Origin: Bacteroidaceae bacterium
GTDB taxonomy: Bacteria; Bacteroidota; Bacteroidia; Bacteroidales; Bacteroidaceae
DNA length: 64,000 nucleotides
Assembly: GCA_017631315.1 (NCBI GenBank)
Contig: JAGBTN010000018.1
Span: 95,941 to 159,940, forward strand
Direction of reading: 5' to 3'
Below are positions 29,201 through 36,511 of the stretch, in pieces. Position 1 is the stretch's first letter, and each line of letters opens with the position of its first letter. A program made the translations under genes and the position numbers. The notes beneath the pieces were generated by a model that was not told the origin of the DNA, searched no databases, and saw nothing but the letters and a program-made list of their open reading frames with translations.

Positions 29201-30835
29201 ATGAAAACAAAAAACGTCTGGATGTTTTTGTTGCTTTTGGCAACTTGCCTTGTTGGCAGTAGTGTCTTCTGTAGTTGTTCGGAGGACGATGTAGAAGAAA
29301 CTCCCCCTGCTACGGTTACGCCTCCTGGTGGCAATGCAACAGAGGAGAAGGACACTCACGAATATGTTGACCTCGGTTTACCTTCGGGCACCTTGTGGGC
29401 AACTTGTAATGTCGGTGCATCAAGGCCTGAGTTCCAAGGATATCTTTTTGCTTGGGGTGAGATAGAACCTAAAACAACGTATAATTGGAGTACATACAAG
29501 TACTGTGATGGCTCATATAAAACAATGACGAAGTACTGCACAAGTAGTTATTACGGAATAGTTGACGGAAAGATAGAACTTGAATCGTCAGACGATGCAG
29601 CCACAGCAAATTGGGGTAGCAACTGGCAGATACCATGCTACGAACAATTCAAAGAACTATTAGATGGCTTTAATACAACCACTTCATGGACGACCTTAAA
29701 TGGTGTCAAAGGCCGAAGGATAACAAGCAGAAGCAACGGTCATAGTATTTTTTTGCCTGCTGCGGGTTACCGCGAGAACACGAGTCTCAACGATGCAGGT
29801 AGCGAAGGTAACTACTGGTCGCGTTCAGTCAGTACGATTGAAAACTACGCTTATGGCTTGGACTTATATTCTAACGGTATCGGTACGGTCAGCGGCAGTC
29901 GTTACTACGGCAAGAGCGTCCGTCCCGTACGTGTTAAAAAAAACAAGGAAAGTGTAGTTATGGTAACTAACATAGAACTTTTAAAAGATAAACCATATTT
30001 ATATCTTAAGGATTTTACGTATTTAACTTCGATAGTTTTGCCTTGGTATGCTACAAACAAGAATGTAAAGTGGTACAGCAGCAACAATAGAATTGCAACA
30101 GTTAACCAAGCGGGTAAGGTGGCTGCAGTTGCTGTCGGCACATGCACGATTACCTGTTCTGCAACAGACGGTAGTGGTGTATGGGCGCAATGTGAAGTGA
30201 CGGTTCGTGATGATAGTTCTGGGACATTGGATGGTCATGATTATGTTGACCTTGGCCTGCCTTCGGGCATATTGTGGGCGACTTGCAATGTGGGTGCATC
30301 AAAGCCCGAAGAATATGGTGATTACTTTGCATGGGGCGAGACAGAACCTAAAACGACATACAACTGGAGCACCTACAAATACTGCAAAGGCACTTATGAT
30401 ACAATGACGAAGTACTGCACAAGTAGTCATTACGGAATAGTTGATGGAAAGAGAAAACTTGAACCATCAGACGATGCTGCCATAGCAAATTGGGGGGCAG
30501 ATTGGCATATGCCGAGTGATGGCCAATTCTATGAACTCGTCGATAGAGAATATACTATTTCAACCTGGATAACAATGAATGGCGTTTATGGCAGGAAGAT
30601 AACCAGTAAGAGCAACGGCAACAGTATCTTCTTGCCGGCTGCTGGTTATCGCGGCGGTACGAGTCTCCATGATGTAGGTAGCGATGGTAATTATGTATCG
30701 AATTCTTTAAATCCGTGGGGCTGCATTTACGCTTCCTGTCTGTCCTTCGATTCTAGCACTGTTAGGGCGAACTATGATGTCTACAGTACTCGTTGCGTTG
30801 GCTGGAGCGTTCGCCCCGTCCGTGTGAAGAAGTAA
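29201..30835 (+). CDS. lipoprotein with two duplicated FISUMP/DUF1566-like modules flanking a Big_2 (Ig-like) domain
   Basis: 544 aa with a lipobox LVGSSVFCSC. The module YVDLGLPSG.LWATCNVGAS.PE...FAWGE.EPKTTYNWSTYKYC...FLPAAGYR occurs twice (about aa 52-245 and 345-544). The Big_2-like segment is VTNIELL...NKNVKWYSSNNRIATVNQAGKVAAVAVGTCTITC. Confidence 0.7.
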   Translation: MKTKNVWMFLLLLATCLVGSSVFCSCSEDDVEETPPATVTPPGGNATEEKDTHEYVDLGLPSGTLWATCNVGASRPEFQGYLFAWGEIEPKTTYNWSTYKYCDGSYKTMTKYCTSSYYGIVDGKIELESSDDAATANWGSNWQIPCYEQFKELLDGFNTTTSWTTLNGVKGRRITSRSNGHSIFLPAAGYRENTSLNDAGSEGNYWSRSVSTIENYAYGLDLYSNGIGTVSGSRYYGKSVRPVRVKKNKESVVMVTNIELLKDKPYLYLKDFTYLTSIVLPWYATNKNVKWYSSNNRIATVNQAGKVAAVAVGTCTITCSATDGSGVWAQCEVTVRDDSSGTLDGHDYVDLGLPSGILWATCNVGASKPEEYGDYFAWGETEPKTTYNWSTYKYCKGTYDTMTKYCTSSHYGIVDGKRKLEPSDDAAIANWGADWHMPSDGQFYELVDREYTISTWITMNGVYGRKITSKSNGNSIFLPAAGYRGGTSLHDVGSDGNYVSNSLNPWGCIYASCLSFDSSTVRANYDVYSTRCVGWSVRPVRVKK

Positions 30836-30875
30836 CTCCATAGTAAAAGAGAACAAGTGTCCTGCAGTCCATTTA

Positions 30876-30897
30876 CCGGAAGGACGCGTCCTTCCGG
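30876..30897 (+). terminator. perfect 22-nt palindrome downstream of the lipoprotein gene
   Basis: CCGGAAGGACGCGTCCTTCCGG gives a 10-bp stem. No strong T-run follows. Confidence 0.45.
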
Positions 30898-30909
30898 CAA
30901 ACTATACGT

Positions 30910-30997
30910 GTGAAGTTTACCAACTTCTCTGCAGAACTTGCCCGACTTCACGTGTGAAGTTTGTCAACTTCACTGCAGAAGTTTTTCGACATCTCTA
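30910..30997. repeat. 22-bp phased array; 44-bp unit duplicated, each copy containing a GTGAAGTT-N4-AACTTC(AC) palindrome (family locus e)
   Basis: The units are GTGAAGTTTACCAACTTCTCTG, CAGAACTTGCCCGACTTCACGT, GTGAAGTTTGTCAACTTCACTG and CAGAAGTTTTTCGACATCTCTA. Confidence 0.65.
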
Positions 30998-31125
30998 TGG
31001 TGCTGAAAAACAGGGCCTCTTTCTGCGGTATGATGTGATGATTCTCGTGGCAGGACAGCAATCGTTCAAACGGTGGCAATTTTGCGCTTATACATTATAT
31101 ATTATATAGTGAGCAGGAGACCCCG

Positions 31126-31175
31126 AAAAAACAAATCAGTCGCCTCTTCTGGTGGGGCGACTGATTGTTTTTCTG
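31126..31175. terminator. bidirectional hairpin terminator downstream of tRNA-Pro
   Basis: ATCAGTCGCC (31135-31144) pairs with GGCGACTGAT (31156-31165). An A-run lies on the left and a T-run on the right. Confidence 0.6.
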
Positions 31176-31192
31176 AAAGGAGCAAAAAAAAG

Positions 31193-31265
31193 TCGGGGTG
31201 ACCCGACTCGAACGGGCGACCACCTGGTCCCAAACCAGGTGCGCTACCAACTGCGCTACACCCCG
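31193..31265 (-). tRNA. tRNA-Pro (anticodon TGG)
   Basis: I folded the cloverleaf by hand. The acceptor is CGGGGTG/CACCCCG, the D-arm GCGC-AGTTGGTA-GCGC, the anticodon arm CCTGG-TTTGGGA-CCAGG and the T-arm GCCCG-TTCGAGT-CGGGT. It is 73 nt and CCA is not encoded. Confidence 0.9.
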
Positions 31266-31275
31266 ATTGCTTTTT

Positions 31276-31349
31276 CATTGACCATTGACCATTGACCATT
31301 GACCATTGACCATTGACCATTGACCATTGACCATTGACCATTGACCATT
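31276..31349. repeat. perfect tandem heptamer array (CATTGAC)x10 plus a partial unit
   Basis: Ten identical units span 31276-31345, followed by CATT. The array lies between the tRNA-Pro 5' end and its only visible promoter box. Confidence 0.95.
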
Positions 31350-31435
31350 CTTGGTTTAGCACCAAGTCGCGCTTTTAATGCGCGGAGGACCATTGTCTAT
31401 GGAGACTTAAGGCCCAATGTCTTGCGAAAAGCGGT

Positions 31436-31443
31436 GCAAAGGT
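31436..31443 (-). promoter_or_regulatory. -7 promoter box (TACCTTTG on minus strand), candidate tRNA-Pro promoter
   Basis: Plus strand CAAAGGTA, about 170 nt upstream of the tRNA 5' end. I saw no closer TAnnTTTG. Confidence 0.45.
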
Positions 31444-31537
31444 ACGACTTTTTATTTAAAACACAAAGCAGAGATGCCAAAAAAGTTGCAGTGAACATAT
31501 TTTTTTATGTTTTTTCACTCAGGTCTTAATTTCTTCG

Positions 31538-31545
31538 TACTTTTG
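31538..31545 (+). promoter_or_regulatory. -7 promoter box TACTTTTG for the serC operon
   Basis: Matches TAnnTTTG, 63 nt upstream of the serC ATG. Confidence 0.6.
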
Positions 31546-31607
31546 CGTTTTCCTATGTTAAGAAAACGACAAAAACACTTTAGTAGAAAGAATAAACACT
31601 TAGGATA

Positions 31608-32675
31608 ATGAAAAAGTATAACTTTAATGCAGGCCCCTCCATCCTCCCTCGCGAGGTGATAGAGGCAACGTCTGCTGCTTGCTTGGACTTCGAGGGCAGC
31701 GGACTTTCTCTCATGGAAACAAGTCATCGTGCAAAGAACTTCCAGCCGATTGTCGACGAAGCAGTTGCTCTGTTCAAGGAACTGCTCAGCATACCCGAAG
31801 GCTACAGCGTTGTCTTCCTCGGCGGTGGTGCAAGTCTGGAGTTTTGCATGGTGCCCTACAACTTCCTCGAGAAGAAGGCAGCCTACCTCAATACCGGCGT
31901 CTGGGCAAGCAAGGCACAGAAGGAAGCAAAACTCTTCGGCGAAGTGGTGGAAGTGGCTTCCAGCGCCGACAAGAACTTTACATACATCCCCAAGAACTTC
32001 ACCATCCCAACGGATGCCGATTACTTACACATCACAAGCAACAACACCATCTACGGTACAGAACTCCTCAAAGACATAGACAGCCCCATTCCGGTGATTG
32101 CCGACATGAGTAGTGATATCTTCTCCCGTCCCATAGACGTTAGCAAATACGGCATGATTTATGGCGGTGCCCAGAAGAACCTGAGCATGGCAGGCGTCAC
32201 CTTCTGCATCATCAAGGAAGACTTGTTGGGCAAGGTGAGCCGTCCTATCCCCACAATGCTCGACTATCGTACACACGTCAAGAAGGGCAGCATGTTCAAC
32301 ACACCTCCCACAGTGCCCATCTATTGCGCATTGCAGAACCTGAAGTGGATTAAAAAGCAGGGCGGCGTCGAGGCAATGGAGAAGTTGGCCATCCAGCGTT
32401 CAGCAATTCTATACGAGGAGATTGACCGCAACAAACTCTTTGTCGGCACAGCCGAAGCAGACAGCCGCTCACGCATGAACATCACCTTCGTACTGAAGCC
32501 CGAGTATCAGGAACTGCAAGACGAGTTTATGGCATTTGCCACCAGTAAGGGCATGGTAGGCGTGAAGGGACATCGCGACGTAGGCGGCTTCCGTGCAAGT
32601 TGCTACAACGCTATGACCATAGAAGGTTGCGAGGCTCTCGTGGCTTGCATGAAGGAGTTTGAAAAGAGTCATTGA
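31608..32675 (+). CDS. serC: phosphoserine aminotransferase
   Basis: 355 aa. [24 protein letters not shown] and [14 protein letters not shown] (PLP lysine region) are canonical SerC. Confidence 0.95.
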   Translation: MKKYNFNAGPSILPREVIEATSAACLDFEGSGLSLMETSHRAKNFQPIVDEAVALFKELLSIPEGYSVVFLGGGASLEFCMVPYNFLEKKAAYLNTGVWASKAQKEAKLFGEVVEVASSADKNFTYIPKNFTIPTDADYLHITSNNTIYGTELLKDIDSPIPVIADMSSDIFSRPIDVSKYGMIYGGAQKNLSMAGVTFCIIKEDLLGKVSRPIPTMLDYRTHVKKGSMFNTPPTVPIYCALQNLKWIKKQGGVEAMEKLAIQRSAILYEEIDRNKLFVGTAEADSRSRMNITFVLKPEYQELQDEFMAFATSKGMVGVKGHRDVGGFRASCYNAMTIEGCEALVACMKEFEKSH

Positions 32676-32711
32676 CCATTCATCATTTACCATTGAGCAT
32701 TGACCATTAAT
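32670..32711. repeat. degenerate heptamer array (CATTGAC-like, 6 units); left inverted repeat of cassette 1
   Basis: The units are CATTGAC, CATTCAT, CATTTAC, CATTGAG, CATTGAC and CATTAAT. The serC stop codon TGA lies inside the first unit. Confidence 0.75.
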
Positions 32712-32725
32712 TCCAATGAGCAGAA

Positions 32726-33085
32726 ATGCGAAACGACAATCAGATACTTTTTGACAGTAAGGCCTTCGCTCTTCGGATAATAAGGCTATACAATTATCTC
32801 AAGCAAGAGAAACAGGTGTATGTCTTGTCAAAGCAGTTGTTGAGAAGCGGCACAAGCATAGGGGCTAATGTCCGAGAGAGTGTCAATGCTCAAAGTAGAA
32901 TGGATTTTATAAACAAATTAAACATTGCCCTAAAGGAGGCAAACGAAAGTGAATATTGGTTGGAACTGCTTCACGAATCAAATTATTTGGACGACCAACA
33001 GTTTGAGTCCATCTATAATGATTGTGGCAAGATAGCGGCGACTTTGACAAAAATCATAAGGACAACCAAAGCGACTGCAAACTAA
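32726..33085 (+). CDS. four-helix-bundle protein, 23S rRNA intervening-sequence protein / Avd-like family (PF05635)
   Basis: 119 aa. QLLRSGTSIGANVRES, DFINKLNIALKEANESEYWLELL are family hallmarks. Confidence 0.85.
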   Translation: MRNDNQILFDSKAFALRIIRLYNYLKQEKQVYVLSKQLLRSGTSIGANVRESVNAQSRMDFINKLNIALKEANESEYWLELLHESNYLDDQQFESIYNDCGKIAATLTKIIRTTKATAN

Positions 33086-33086
33086 T

Positions 33087-33118
33087 AATGGTCAACGGTC
33101 AATGTTCAATGTTCAATA
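33087..33118. repeat. heptamer array in reverse-complement orientation (GTCAATG-like, 4-5 units); right inverted repeat of cassette 1
   Basis: AATGGTCAACGGTCAATGTTCAATGTTCAATA. Segment 33087-33111 is reverse complementary to 32684-32708 at 21 of 25 positions. Confidence 0.75.
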
Positions 33119-33124
33119 GACAAA

Positions 33125-34042
33125 ATGAAAATACTTGTAGCAACAGAAAAGCCATTCAGCAAGGTTGCTGTAGATGGCATTAAGGCAGTGACAGATGCTG
33201 CCGGATATGAACTTATTCTCCTCGAGAAATATACAGAAAAGAGCCAGTTGCTCGATGCCGTAAAGGATGTCGATGCCATGATTATCCGCTCGGATAAAGT
33301 GGATGCAGAAGTCCTGGATGCAGCCAAGCAACTGAAGATTGTTGTACGTGCCGGTGCTGGTTACGACAACATCGACCTTGCTGCAGCCACAGCACACAAC
33401 GTGGTTGCCATGAACACACCCGGACAGAATGCCAACAGCGTGGCAGAACTGGTGTTCGGTTTGCTCGTCTTCGGCGTTCGCAACATGTTCAACGGTACAA
33501 GCGGCACAGAACTGATGGGCAAGCGGCTTGGCATCTTGGCCTTTGGCAACGTCGGTCGTAATGTAGCCCGCATTGCAAAAGGCTTTGGCATGGAGATTGC
33601 TGCTTACGATGCTTTCTGTCCTGCAGAAGCCATCGAGGCTGCCGGCGTGACGGCTGTAAAGAATCAGGACGAACTCTTCGAGACTTGCGACATCGTGTCG
33701 CTCCACATTCCTGCAACCCCCGAAACAAAGCAGAGCATCAACTACGACCTCGTAGGCAAGATGAAGGAGGGTGGCATCCTTGTGAACACTGCACGTAAGG
33801 AAGTCATCGACGAAGAAGGTCTCATCAAACTGATGGAGGAGCGTAAAGACCTGAAGTACCTTACAGACATCAAGCCCGATGCAGATGCAGAGTTCGCAGA
33901 GAAGTTTGCCGGTCGTTACTTCGCCACACCGAAGAAGATGGGCGCACAGACAGCAGAAGCAAACGTCAATGCCGGCATTGCAGCAGCAAACCAGATTGTG
34001 GGCTTCCTTCGCGATGGAATAACTAAATTCAAAGTCAACTAA
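33125..34042 (+). CDS. serA: D-3-phosphoglycerate dehydrogenase (short form, 2-hydroxyacid dehydrogenase family)
   Basis: 305 aa with the NAD-binding motif GILAFGNVGRNVA. It sits in the serC operon context typical of Bacteroidales. Confidence 0.85.
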   Translation: MKILVATEKPFSKVAVDGIKAVTDAAGYELILLEKYTEKSQLLDAVKDVDAMIIRSDKVDAEVLDAAKQLKIVVRAGAGYDNIDLAAATAHNVVAMNTPGQNANSVAELVFGLLVFGVRNMFNGTSGTELMGKRLGILAFGNVGRNVARIAKGFGMEIAAYDAFCPAEAIEAAGVTAVKNQDELFETCDIVSLHIPATPETKQSINYDLVGKMKEGGILVNTARKEVIDEEGLIKLMEERKDLKYLTDIKPDADAEFAEKFAGRYFATPKKMGAQTAEANVNAGIAAANQIVGFLRDGITKFKVN

Positions 34043-34087
34043 TAAATTTAATAATTTAAGGATTTTATATTTAACGATTAGATACTA

Positions 34088-34486
34088 ATGACAGAGGCCG
34101 AGTTGAAGGATAGGCTGATGAACTTTGCAATCAGAATCATTAAAATGGTTGATTCTATGCCTCATTCTATATCTTCTGCGGCTATTGCCAAACAAGTTGT
34201 ACGTTCAGGCACTTCGCCGATTGCCAACTATCGGGCTGCATGTCTTGGAAAGTCTAAAAGAGATTTCTTGAATAAGTTAAAGATGGTAGAGGAGGAACTG
34301 GATGAAACAGGGATGTGGCTCGACATCATCATGGAAACAGAAATGCTCCCACGTAAACGCGTCAGCGCATTATATGCCGAAAGTCAAGAACTCCTGAAAA
34401 TAATTATCAGTTCAATACTCACCGTACAGACTTCATTAAAATCGGAAGGCAAAGAAACTCCATCTACCCAATCTTCAAACAGATAA
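34088..34486 (+). CDS. four-helix-bundle protein, 23S rRNA intervening-sequence protein / Avd-like family (PF05635)
   Basis: 132 aa. QVVRSGTSPIANYRAA, DFLNKLKMVEEELDETGMWLDII are family hallmarks. It is only distantly related to the copy at 32726. Confidence 0.85.
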   Translation: MTEAELKDRLMNFAIRIIKMVDSMPHSISSAAIAKQVVRSGTSPIANYRAACLGKSKRDFLNKLKMVEEELDETGMWLDIIMETEMLPRKRVSALYAESQELLKIIISSILTVQTSLKSEGKETPSTQSSNR

Positions 34487-34561
34487 TCTTCAATGAGGTT
34501 TATCAATGCCCAAACAAATCAATCCTAAAATATAAAATCTTTAAATCCTAAAATAATAAAG

Positions 34562-35845
34562 ATGGCAAAAATAAAGCCTTTTAAGGGTGTTCGTCCACCG
34601 AAGGATCTTGTCGAGCAAGTAGAGAGCCGTCCTTATGATGTCCTTGACTCTGAGGAGGCTCGTTCTGAGGCTGGCGACAATGAGAAGTCGCTCTATCACA
34701 TCATCAAGCCCGAGATTGACTTCCCTGTCGGCACAAGCGAGTACGACCCTCGTGTCTATGAAAAAGCCGTCGAGAACTTCAAGATGTTCCAGGAGAAGGG
34801 CTGGCTCAAACAGGATGCAGAGGAGATGTATTACATCTATGCGCAGACAATAGGAGAATCCCCCCTTGGGGGACTGCGGGGGGCTTCCGGCAAGACGCAA
34901 TATGGTCTTGTTGTGGCTGCTGCTGTAGAGGACTACATGAACGGCGTTATCAAGAAGCATGAACTAACACGTCGTGATAAAGAAGAGGACCGCATGAAGC
35001 ATGTTCGTGTGAACAATGCCAACCTCGAACCCGTATTCTTCGCTTATCCTGATAATGCCGTGCTCGATGCACTTGTTGCCCGAATAACATCAACGGTTCC
35101 GGAATATGATTTCATTGCTCCCGTCGATGGTTTCCGTCATCAGTTGTGGCTGGTCAAGGAGCCAGAAGACATCAGCACAATCACCGAGACTTTTGCCTCT
35201 ATACCTTATTTATATATAGCAGACGGACATCATCGCAGCGCAGCAGCAGCACTTGTTGGAGCAGAAAAGGCAAAGCAGAACCCCAATCATCGTGGCGACG
35301 AGGAATACAACTTCTTTATGGCGGTTTGTTTCCCCGCAAGCCAACTCACGATTTTAGACTATAATCGTGTCGTTAAGGACCTCAACGGCATGACCGACGA
35401 GCAGTTCCTTGATGCACTTTCCAAAAACTTTGAAGTCACGAAGAAAGGTTTAGAGCCTTATCGACCTGCTGAGTTGCATGAATTCAGTCTGTATCTTGGA
35501 GGAGTATGGTATAGCCTCAAACTCAAAGAAGGTCTTTGCGACGAGAACGATCCCATTGGCAGCCTCGACGTAAGCATCAGCAGTAAACTCATCTTGGACG
35601 AGTTGCTCGGCATCAAAGACTTGCGTAGTGACAAGCGCATCGACTTTGTAGGTGGACTTCGTGGCTTGGGTGAGTTGAAGCGTCGTGTGGATAATGGCGA
35701 GATGAAGATGGCCTTGGCGCTTTATCCTGTCAGCATGACGCAAATCATGAATATTGCAGACAGTGGCAACATCATGCCTCCTAAAGCAACATGGTTCGAA
35801 CCGAAACTCCGTTCGGGTCTTGTGATTCATAAATTGGATGATTGA
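34562..35845 (+). CDS. DUF1015 domain-containing protein
   Basis: 427 aa. MAKIKPFKGVRP...YDVLDSEEAR, IKKHELTRRDKEEDR and YIADGHHRSAAA are DUF1015 signatures. It carries a GC-rich in-frame insert at 34856-34888. Confidence 0.85.
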   Translation: MAKIKPFKGVRPPKDLVEQVESRPYDVLDSEEARSEAGDNEKSLYHIIKPEIDFPVGTSEYDPRVYEKAVENFKMFQEKGWLKQDAEEMYYIYAQTIGESPLGGLRGASGKTQYGLVVAAAVEDYMNGVIKKHELTRRDKEEDRMKHVRVNNANLEPVFFAYPDNAVLDALVARITSTVPEYDFIAPVDGFRHQLWLVKEPEDISTITETFASIPYLYIADGHHRSAAAALVGAEKAKQNPNHRGDEEYNFFMAVCFPASQLTILDYNRVVKDLNGMTDEQFLDALSKNFEVTKKGLEPYRPAELHEFSLYLGGVWYSLKLKEGLCDENDPIGSLDVSISSKLILDELLGIKDLRSDKRIDFVGGLRGLGELKRRVDNGEMKMALALYPVSMTQIMNIADSGNIMPPKATWFEPKLRSGLVIHKLDD

Positions 35846-36425
35846 TATATACAAAACCATAAAAGACAAAAGCGAGGGTACTTACACTGAACTCAGGAGT
35901 AAGTTCCTCGCTTTTGCGCATCCTATCAGCACTGTCGAGGAGGCAATGGCACTTGTAGAGCAGTACCAGAAGAAGTACTACGATGCACGTCATGTGTGCT
36001 GGGCTTACATGATTGGAGCAGACAGAGAAACGTTTCGCTCAAACGACAACGGCGAACCGAGTGGTACGGCAGGCAAACCCATTCTTGGTCAAATAAACTC
36101 GAACGAGTTGACCGACATCATTATCCTTGTGGTCCGCTACTTCGGAGGTGTCAAACTTGGCACCAGCGGACTCATCGTGGCTTATCGTACAGCAGCAGCC
36201 GAAGCCATCGCCGCAGCAACGATAGAGGAACGACAGGTTGAGGCGACGTACGACTTCTCATTTGAATACCCCTTGATGACTGCGGTAATGAAAGTAGTCA
36301 GAGATATGAATGCACGCATTCTGGAGCAGTCATACGATATGGATTGTCGTATGTCTGTCAGCATACGAAAAGGTTTGCTCGACGAGCTGAAGACGCGCAT
36401 CCAGAAAGCCATTTCACCTTTCTGA
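35838..36425 (+). CDS. yigZ: YigZ / IMPACT family protein
   Basis: 195 aa containing SKFLAFAHPISTVEEA...YYDARHVCWAY...DNGEPSGTAGKPIL. The start overlaps the DUF1015 stop (ATGATTGA). Confidence 0.85.
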   Translation: MIDIYKTIKDKSEGTYTELRSKFLAFAHPISTVEEAMALVEQYQKKYYDARHVCWAYMIGADRETFRSNDNGEPSGTAGKPILGQINSNELTDIIILVVRYFGGVKLGTSGLIVAYRTAAAEAIAAATIEERQVEATYDFSFEYPLMTAVMKVVRDMNARILEQSYDMDCRMSVSIRKGLLDELKTRIQKAISPF

Positions 36426-36511
36426 TAGGAATCACTCGTTTCTTCAGACTTCATTCAGTAGAAACAGTGATGCTCTTTCCTAAGACATTGAACATTTAAC
36501 AACTATAAACT

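Noticed and set aside
31276-31349. CRISPR array, considered for the heptamer arrays and also for the 22-bp arrays
   Set aside because: The repeat units are 7 bp with no spacers. In the 22-bp arrays only about 8-12 bp of each unit is conserved. No cas genes are in the window, and the architecture is incompatible with CRISPR.
31102-31365. 87-aa ORF with MVNGQWS repeats
   Set aside because: It is a translation of the heptamer microsatellite and runs straight through the tRNA-Pro gene, so it is not a protein gene.
32726-34486. Diversity-generating retroelement, suggested by the Avd-like proteins
   Set aside because: There is no reverse transcriptase ORF, no template/variable repeat pair and no target gene with a C-type lectin or Ig variable region adjacent. 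These are orphan Avd-family ORFs.
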